From Gemmatimonadales bacterium (GTDB lineage Bacteria; Gemmatimonadota; Gemmatimonadetes; Gemmatimonadales; GWC2-71-9): a stretch of DNA of 64,000 nucleotides. The stretch is taken from NCBI GenBank assembly GCA_041615815.1, contig JBFJCP010000013.1:32001-96000 (forward strand), given 5' to 3'. Under the pieces are notes generated by a model that saw only the letters and a program-made list of their open reading frames with translations, ran no database searches and was not told where the DNA came from. Below are positions 57,429-64,000 of the stretch, piece after piece. Numbering within the stretch: the first letter of the stretch is position 1; each line of letters starts with the position of its first letter. Made by a program: the position numbers and the translations under genes.

Positions 57429-57751
57429 CACCCCTTCCTACAGTATAGCCTGGCGAACATCCGCTATTGCCTTTCCGGTGTCAAGCCAACTGCGTCACAT
57501 TTCTAACATCTTGCCGCTCTGAAAGTTAAGGCTGGCAGACGGCCGGACCGGCGGACGGGCGGTTACCGGCGCGCAAACGGGCCACCCGGAATGGCGAGGG
57601 CCAGGACAGAGCCACGGCCCAATGTACATAACCCTATATGGGGGCGTTGGTTCGAACTTCATTCTGCCATCGACTCGTGATCGCCCGTCGCATGGTGCGC
57701 GTCGTGCCAACCCCTCTAGCCGTCTCGCCACTGCGATGCTATTTCCCCCGC

Positions 57752-59686
57752 ATGTCGTCCATCGCGTGGTCTCCCCCGCCCGAACTCGTCGAGCACGCCA
57801 ACGTCACCCGGTTCATGACCCGCCACGGCATCGGCGACTTCACTTCCTTGTATCGGCGATCGGTGGACGATCCCGAATGGTTCTGGGACGCGGTGGTCGA
57901 TGATCTCGGGATTGAGTTTGCGGAGCCGTACACGGCCGTCATGGATGCAAGCCGCGGGGCGCCATGGACCGACTGGTTCTTGGGGGGGCGCCTGAACATC
58001 GCGGCGAATTGTCTGGACAGACATCTGCGCACCGATCGCGCCGACGCGCTCTGTCTCGTCGCGGAGCGCGAGGACGGCCAGGTGTGGCAGTACACGTTTC
58101 GTGAACTCGCCGAGGCGGTGGACCAGTGCGCAGCCGCGCTGCGGGCTCGCGGCATCGGCCCGGGGGATCGCGTGGCCGCCTACATGCCGATGGTAGCCGA
58201 AGTCGTGATCCAGATGCTCGCCACCTTCAAGGTGGGCGCCATCTTCATCCCGATCTTCAGCGGCTACGCTCCGGCCGCGGTTGCGGAACGGCTCCAGGCC
58301 GCCGAGGTGCGGTTGGTGTTCACGGCGGACCGCTCGGAGCGACGTGGCAAATCAGTTCCCATATGGGCGACAGCCACTGAAGCCGTGAACATGTCACCGA
58401 CGGTCCAGTGCGTGGTCGTCGTTCGTGGCTACGACGATACGATCCCTTTCCCAGAGGGGCGCAATGTCGATTGGCGGACGTTCTTGGGCGAGGGAGAAGA
58501 CTCGAGCACGCTGATGCTGCCATCGATGGATCCGGCACTGATCCTCTACACCTCGGGTACGACGGGACGCCCCAAGGGGACCGTGCATAGTCATGCTGGC
58601 GCACTGCTCCAGATCACGAAAGAGGTGGGTTATTCATTTGACATGAAGCCGACCGATCGTTTCTGGTGGCTCTCTGACATTGGATGGATGATGGGCCCGT
58701 GGATGATCATCGGTGGGTTGTTTCATGGTGCCTCCATCGTGCTCTTCGATGGAGCATTCGACTGGCCGTCACCGGATCGTTTGTGGGAGATGCTCGAACG
58801 GCATCGTGTTTCGGTGTTCGGGATCTCGCCCACTGCCGTTCGCCTGGCTATGCGCGCCGGCACCGAACACGTCACCAAGCACGACCTTTCCCGACTGCGC
58901 ATTCTCGGCTCGACGGGCGAACCGTGGGACGAGAAGTCTTGGTGGTGGTACTTCGAACACGTAGGCCAGCGCCGGTGCCCCATCATCAATATCTCGGGTG
59001 GCACCGACATCATCGGCGGGTTCTTGGTTCCGCTGCCGATCCATGAGCTCAAGCCGTGCAGCCTGGTGGCGCCGGGACTCGGCATGGCGGTTGACGTGTG
59101 GAACGAGCAGGGCCAGCCCGTGCGCGGCGAGGTGGGATACCTTGTCGCGACCAAGCCAGCCCCGTCCATGACCCGTGGATTTTGGAACGACCCGCAGCGA
59201 TATCTCGAGTCGTACTGGTCCAAATGGGAGAACGTATGGAATCACGGCGACTGGGCGTTCATCGACCAGGACGGCCACTGGTTTCTTCACGGCCGCGCGG
59301 ACGACACGCTCAAGGTTGCCGGCAGGCGAATCGGGCCTGCGGAGGTGGAAGGGGCCCTCATCAAGACGGGGAAGGTGAGTGAAGCGGCTGCCATCGGTGT
59401 GCCGCACGAGATCAAGGGCGAGGGCATCGTGTGCTTCGCCGTCTTGCGCCCCGGAGTCGAGCCAAGTGACGAGCTTCGACAGGAGTTGGCGCAGGCGGTC
59501 GTGGATCAGTTGGGAAAGATCGACCGACCGGAGAACGTGCTGTTCGTGACCGACCTGCCCAAGACGCGAAGCGCGAAGATCTTGAGACGCGTCGTCAGGG
59601 CCAAATACCTCGGGGAACCCGATCTGGGAGATCTGAGCTCGCTCCAGAACCCGGACGCGCTGGAGGCGATCGCGCAGGCCACGTAG
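57752..59686 (+). CDS. acetyl-CoA synthetase-like AMP-forming acyl-CoA ligase
   Basis: LYTSGTTGRPKG, GSTGEPW, HGD, GRADD and LPKTRSAKILRR motifs. Confidence 0.92.
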   Translation: MSSIAWSPPPELVEHANVTRFMTRHGIGDFTSLYRRSVDDPEWFWDAVVDDLGIEFAEPYTAVMDASRGAPWTDWFLGGRLNIAANCLDRHLRTDRADALCLVAEREDGQVWQYTFRELAEAVDQCAAALRARGIGPGDRVAAYMPMVAEVVIQMLATFKVGAIFIPIFSGYAPAAVAERLQAAEVRLVFTADRSERRGKSVPIWATATEAVNMSPTVQCVVVVRGYDDTIPFPEGRNVDWRTFLGEGEDSSTLMLPSMDPALILYTSGTTGRPKGTVHSHAGALLQITKEVGYSFDMKPTDRFWWLSDIGWMMGPWMIIGGLFHGASIVLFDGAFDWPSPDRLWEMLERHRVSVFGISPTAVRLAMRAGTEHVTKHDLSRLRILGSTGEPWDEKSWWWYFEHVGQRRCPIINISGGTDIIGGFLVPLPIHELKPCSLVAPGLGMAVDVWNEQGQPVRGEVGYLVATKPAPSMTRGFWNDPQRYLESYWSKWENVWNHGDWAFIDQDGHWFLHGRADDTLKVAGRRIGPAEVEGALIKTGKVSEAAAIGVPHEIKGEGIVCFAVLRPGVEPSDELRQELAQAVVDQLGKIDRPENVLFVTDLPKTRSAKILRRVVRAKYLGEPDLGDLSSLQNPDALEAIAQAT

Positions 59687-59751
59687 CAGTGAAGTGAGGA
59701 GCGAGACGTGACGGATCGAGCATACCGCCACGGGCCCCTAGCTCCGAACAC

Positions 59752-60960
59752 CTACTTCAACGCCCCAAACGCCTCTCTCGCGGCCTGCATGCCTTCCACG
59801 ATGTGCTCGTCCGGTGTGGCAAAGGAGAGTCGCAGGTATCCGTCCTGCATGAATCCGGTCCCCGAAGCGGTCACGACACCGGCTGTGAGAATCAAGTACT
59901 CGGCGACGTCATCCGAATTGCGGAGCACCGTGCCGTCGGGTGTGCGCTTTCCAAACGCTCCACGCACATCCCAGAACGAATAGAACGCGGCCGGTGAGGG
60001 CCACACCTCGATGTGGGGGACGTCCTTGACCCGCTCGAGCAGTAAGTCGCGTTTCTGCTGCAGGTCGGCCTTCAGCTCGGGATCGTACGCGTGTGATATG
60101 GCTGCCAGAGCCGAGTATTGGGTGGGAACCGCAGGCCCCGACGTATAGTGGCTCTGGAGGTTTACCATGGCCGTAGTCAGGTCCCGAGGCCCCACGGACC
60201 ACCCGATCCGGAGACCGCCGGTGCGACGAAAGTTCTTCGAGATACCGTCTACCTGAATGAGCCACGGTTTGGTCTCGTCATCCACGCGCGGTTCGGGGTA
60301 GGTGCCCCCATCGAAGGTGAGTCGCCAATACAACCGGTCCAGTACGAAGTAGACGCGATGCTCGACGCACACCTGCAGCAGCGATTCCACTTCTTCCTCG
60401 TCGTACAGCTGCGCAGTGGGATTCACCGGGCTGTTGAGGAGGAAGAGCTTGCTGTGCGGTCGCGCGGCGAGGTTTCGACGCAGATCGTCGGCGGTCACCT
60501 TCAGGTAGTTGGCCGCGCCCGCCGCGGGAAGGACCATGATCGGAGATGCATAGGACGCCACGGCCAGCGGTTGATAACTCACCCACGGAGCGGCATCGAA
60601 CAGCACGGTGTCGGCGGGGTTGCAGATGGCGAGGAAAATATTAAAGAGGCTCTGCTTGGCCCCGGCGGTGATCACGACGTCCTCGATCCCGTACTCACCG
60701 CCCAGGTTCAGCCAATCCAGCACCGCCTGGCGGAGCTCCGGAACACCGGCGGGATCGCCGTACATCGTATGACCTTCGCGATAGGCGCGCTCTCCCGCCT
60801 CGCGGATGTGCGGCGGAAGGACGCCCTTGGTCTCACCGAGCCCGAAGTCATAGACCGGAAGACCGTGCGATGTGCGCTCAGCCGCTAGGCGTTTCAGCTC
60901 CAGCGTAAGGGACGGTCGAAATTTTGCGAGCTTTGCCGAGACGCGTTCGCTGTCGAGCAT
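59752..60960 (-). CDS. class I/II PLP-dependent aminotransferase (aspartate aminotransferase-like)
   Basis: ITAGAKQSL, NSPVNPT, DGISK (PLP lysine), GLRIGW and YLRLSFA motifs. Confidence 0.9.
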   Translation of the reverse strand: MLDSERVSAKLAKFRPSLTLELKRLAAERTSHGLPVYDFGLGETKGVLPPHIREAGERAYREGHTMYGDPAGVPELRQAVLDWLNLGGEYGIEDVVITAGAKQSLFNIFLAICNPADTVLFDAAPWVSYQPLAVASYASPIMVLPAAGAANYLKVTADDLRRNLAARPHSKLFLLNSPVNPTAQLYDEEEVESLLQVCVEHRVYFVLDRLYWRLTFDGGTYPEPRVDDETKPWLIQVDGISKNFRRTGGLRIGWSVGPRDLTTAMVNLQSHYTSGPAVPTQYSALAAISHAYDPELKADLQQKRDLLLERVKDVPHIEVWPSPAAFYSFWDVRGAFGKRTPDGTVLRNSDDVAEYLILTAGVVTASGTGFMQDGYLRLSFATPDEHIVEGMQAAREAFGALK

Positions 60961-61102
60961 GTGGGGTGGGCCGTTAAGGGACGGGATAAGTTAGAGCAGG
61001 GGCGGGAGAGGCGGCAGGGGTAAACCCGTTCCGCTTCTTCATCTCCTTTCGCTACTTCCGCCTCTTTATCTTTCGCCCGCCACCGATCCCAATGAGGTCC
61101 CC

Positions 61103-61870
61103 ATGGACTGGCTGACCAATCCCGAGATTTGGATCGCCCTCGTCACGCTGACGTCACTGGAAGTCGTGCTGGGCATCGACAACCTCGTCTTCATCTCGAT
61201 CCTCGCCGGGAAGCTGCCCCCGAGCGAGCAGAAGCGGGCTCGCCAAATCGGGCTGGTGGCTGCGATGGTGATGCGGATCCTCTTGCTCCTCTCGCTGGCG
61301 TGGATCATTCGCCTCACGGCTCCATTGTTCACGGTGCTGGGCCAAGAGATTTCGGGACGCGACCTAATCCTGATCCTCGGAGGCGTGTTCTTGATCGCCA
61401 AGGGGACGAGCGAGATCCACGACAGACTCGAAGGCGAGGAGGGCCATGCCAGCGCCAAGGTGAAAGCCTCGTTCTGGTCGGTGATCACGCAGATCATGAT
61501 ATTGGACATTGTCTTCTCCCTCGACTCGGTGATCACGGCGGTGGGCATGGTGCGGCAAATCGGCGTGATGGTCGCGGCGGTCCTGATCGCCGTGGGGATC
61601 ATGCTTCTTTCCGTGGAGGGGATCAGCCGTTTCATCAGCCGGCGGCCCACCGTCAAGATGTTGGCGCTCAGCTTTCTCCTCTTGGTGGGCTTCACCCTCG
61701 TGGCCGAGGGATTCGACCAGCACATCCCCAAGGGTTACATCTATTTCGCCATGGGCTTTTCCATCTTCGTGGAGGTCTTGAATCTGCGGGTGCGGGCCAA
61801 ACGGGCCGCGGCACCCGTTGAGCTCCGGACGCCGTATACCGGAGAGCACCCGACCCAGACGACCGCCTAA
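61103..61870 (+). CDS. TerC family membrane protein
   Basis: LEVVLGIDNLVFI, LDIVFSLDSVITAVG and PKGYIYFAMGFS motifs. Confidence 0.95.
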   Translation: MDWLTNPEIWIALVTLTSLEVVLGIDNLVFISILAGKLPPSEQKRARQIGLVAAMVMRILLLLSLAWIIRLTAPLFTVLGQEISGRDLILILGGVFLIAKGTSEIHDRLEGEEGHASAKVKASFWSVITQIMILDIVFSLDSVITAVGMVRQIGVMVAAVLIAVGIMLLSVEGISRFISRRPTVKMLALSFLLLVGFTLVAEGFDQHIPKGYIYFAMGFSIFVEVLNLRVRAKRAAAPVELRTPYTGEHPTQTTA

Positions 61871-61951
61871 CAGGTCTGGGGACACCTGTGTATCTTTATC
61901 CCCGCCAACAAACGTCTGAGCGGTATCTGCACTACAATCCTCTGAGGAACC

Positions 61952-63250
61952 GTGGGCAAAGACACCCTTTCCGTTACCGATAATCGAACCGGCAACAGTT
62001 ACGAGATCCCGATCTCTGACGGCACCATTCGCGCCCTCGATCTCCGTGCGATCAAGGTGAACGACGACGACTTCGGGTTGATGACGTACGACCCGGGGTT
62101 CACGAACACGGCGTCGTGCCGCAGCGCCATCACCTTCATCGATGGCGGCAAGGGTATCCTCCGGTACCGAGGGTACCCCATCGAGCAGCTCGCCGAGGAG
62201 AGTACGTTCCTCGAGACGGCGTATCTCCTGCTCTACGGAGAGCTCCCCAACAAAGCGGAGCTGGACCAGTGGATGTACGACATCACCCACCACACCTTCG
62301 TGCACGAGAACGTCAAGAAGTTCATGGAGGGACTCCGATACGATGCCCACCCCATGGGTGCGTACATCAGTACGGTGGCGGCGCTCTCCACTTTCTATAC
62401 GGACGCTAAGCGTATTCGAGATTCCGAGGCCGCCGACCATCAAGTCCGGCGCCTCATCGCGAAGAGCCCCACGATTGCCGCCTTCGCGTATCGCCATATG
62501 GTGGGGCTGCCGTACGCATATCCGGACAACAGCCTCTCGTATGCCGGGAATTTCTTGAACATGATGTTCAAGACCACAGAACTGAAGTACGAACCGAACC
62601 CCGTGCTCGAGAAAGCGCTCGACGTCCTATTCATCCTCCACGCGGACCACGAACAAAACTGCTCTGCCAACGCCATGCGGAGCGTCGGCTCCAGCGAATC
62701 CGATCCCTACAGCTCCATGGCCGCGGCGGCCGCGGCGCTTTACGGTCCGCTGCACGGCGGTGCCAACGAGATGGTGCTGCGGATGCTCCGGGAGATCGGG
62801 AGCACGAAGAACATCCCGGATTACGTGAAACGAGTCAAAAACCGTGAAGTGCGCCTGATGGGGTTCGGCCACAGGGTGTACAAGAACTACGACCCCCGGG
62901 CCCAGATCATCAAGCGGATTGCCCATGAGGTCTTTGCGGTCACGGGGAAAAACCCCCTCATCGACATCGCGGTGGAGCTCGAGCGGATTGCGCTGAAGGA
63001 CGACTTCTTCATTTCGCGAAGCCTGTACCCCAACGTCGACTTCTACTCCGGCATCATCTACGAGGCGATGCGGTTCCCCGTGGAGATGTTCCCGGTCCTG
63101 TTTGCCATCGGCCGAACAGCGGGCTGGCTCGCCCAGTGGAAGGAGTTGATGTCGGACGACGAGCAGCGGATCGCGCGGCCCCGACAGATCTATATTGGGA
63201 GTGGGGAGCGGGATTACGTGCCGATTGGGAAGAGGAAGGGGAGGAAGTAA
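61952..63250 (+). CDS. gltA: citrate synthase
   Basis: YDPGFTNTASC, HADHEQN, GPLHGGAN, MGFGHRVYKNYDPR and YPNVDFYSG motifs. Confidence 0.97.
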   Translation: MGKDTLSVTDNRTGNSYEIPISDGTIRALDLRAIKVNDDDFGLMTYDPGFTNTASCRSAITFIDGGKGILRYRGYPIEQLAEESTFLETAYLLLYGELPNKAELDQWMYDITHHTFVHENVKKFMEGLRYDAHPMGAYISTVAALSTFYTDAKRIRDSEAADHQVRRLIAKSPTIAAFAYRHMVGLPYAYPDNSLSYAGNFLNMMFKTTELKYEPNPVLEKALDVLFILHADHEQNCSANAMRSVGSSESDPYSSMAAAAAALYGPLHGGANEMVLRMLREIGSTKNIPDYVKRVKNREVRLMGFGHRVYKNYDPRAQIIKRIAHEVFAVTGKNPLIDIAVELERIALKDDFFISRSLYPNVDFYSGIIYEAMRFPVEMFPVLFAIGRTAGWLAQWKELMSDDEQRIARPRQIYIGSGERDYVPIGKRKGRK

Positions 63251-63293
63251 GGGCGCAACTGGGCAGAGGCGGTTCTCCGACGGAATCCTCGAG

Positions 63294-63998
63294 CTACGGA
63301 ATCCTCAGGCCCGGGATCCCACGCGTGACCCGTCGGAGCTCCTCTTCGAGCCGACTCCTCAAGTCCTGAGCTTCCTGGAGTTGCTGACCGACGACCTGCT
63401 CGACCTCCGTCCGCACAGCCTGGAGCCGAGCCCGCGCCTCGGTAATGCGCGGCTGAACCAGCCGGTCCACCTCCGCCCGGACTTGCTGCTCCGCTCGCTG
63501 GATCTCCGCGCCTAGCTCCCGGCGGAGACTCGCGGCCAAGGCATCGGCCAGATTCGTCCGCACGTAGAGCGCAGGGCGCTCGATACGACCGCGGAGACCC
63601 ATATCGATCTCCACCTGCCGGATCCCCGCGAGCGTTCGCCACAAGAGATCTCGGCCCCACGCCGCCGTCCCGACCCGAAGCGATGCCACCACCGAGTCCC
63701 GACGCACCCACGTGACCGCGTTGGCCACCCACTCCAACTGGGCATCCAACTGATCACCCACTCGGGACAATGAGAACCGCGCGTTTCCCTGCCCCAGCTC
63801 GAGCCGACCACCTACGACATCGAGATCGATGCCGGGCAAGCCAACCCCACTCAACTGGAGCATCACCGAGTCCCGCAGCGGCCGCTCGCCGTGTGCGAGC
63901 TGGGCTGCGAGACGCACGTCCCGCGGTCCTCGGACCGCCCCCGTGCGGGCGGCCGCTATCTCGATCGGTCGCCCGTACAGCGCTGGGGCGGAGGAGAG
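63294..63998 (-). CDS. 3' part of a probable TIGR03545-like protein (5' end outside the window)
   Basis: Frame open to the edge (LSSAPALYGRP...); beta-strands then VRTNLA and a long C-terminal coiled coil. Confidence 0.6.
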   Translation of the reverse strand, partial: LSSAPALYGRPIEIAAARTGAVRGPRDVRLAAQLAHGERPLRDSVMLQLSGVGLPGIDLDVVGGRLELGQGNARFSLSRVGDQLDAQLEWVANAVTWVRRDSVVASLRVGTAAWGRDLLWRTLAGIRQVEIDMGLRGRIERPALYVRTNLADALAASLRRELGAEIQRAEQQVRAEVDRLVQPRITEARARLQAVRTEVEQVVGQQLQEAQDLRSRLEEELRRVTRGIPGLRIP

Positions 63999-64000
63999 GC

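Noticed and set aside
57640..57660. GGTTCGAAC tRNA-like motif
   Set aside because: No pairing stem or cloverleaf context

Overview
GC-rich bacterial chromosomal segment, probably Gemmatimonadota. This is inferred from gene content only: Ser/Thr kinases fused to TolB-like or PEGA domains, many lipoproteins, VPS10/BNR and DUF1592/DUF1552 proteins. About 52 CDSs encode mostly envelope, transport and catabolic proteins. I saw no rRNA, tRNA, CRISPR array or transposase. Main observations: (1) a secreted DUF3179 protein that the ORF track splits at an in-frame TGA, lying in a UxxC motif followed by a SECIS-like hairpin, so a probable selenoprotein inside an oxidoreductase/DUF885/peptide-ABC cluster; (2) a translationally coupled four-gene lipoprotein / Zn-ribbon kinase-PEGA / TPR / beta-barrel operon, a candidate trans-envelope signalling system; (3) degenerate 7-, 8- and 9-nt periodic repeats in many intergenic gaps, with one 8-nt array inside the spacer peptide of a penicillin-acylase gene; (4) five CRP/FNR-type TGTGA-N6-TCACA boxes; (5) a probable CTG start codon, a MocR-like gene remnant and a possible orphan RiPP precursor. 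Family calls come from motif recognition by eye; no searches were run.
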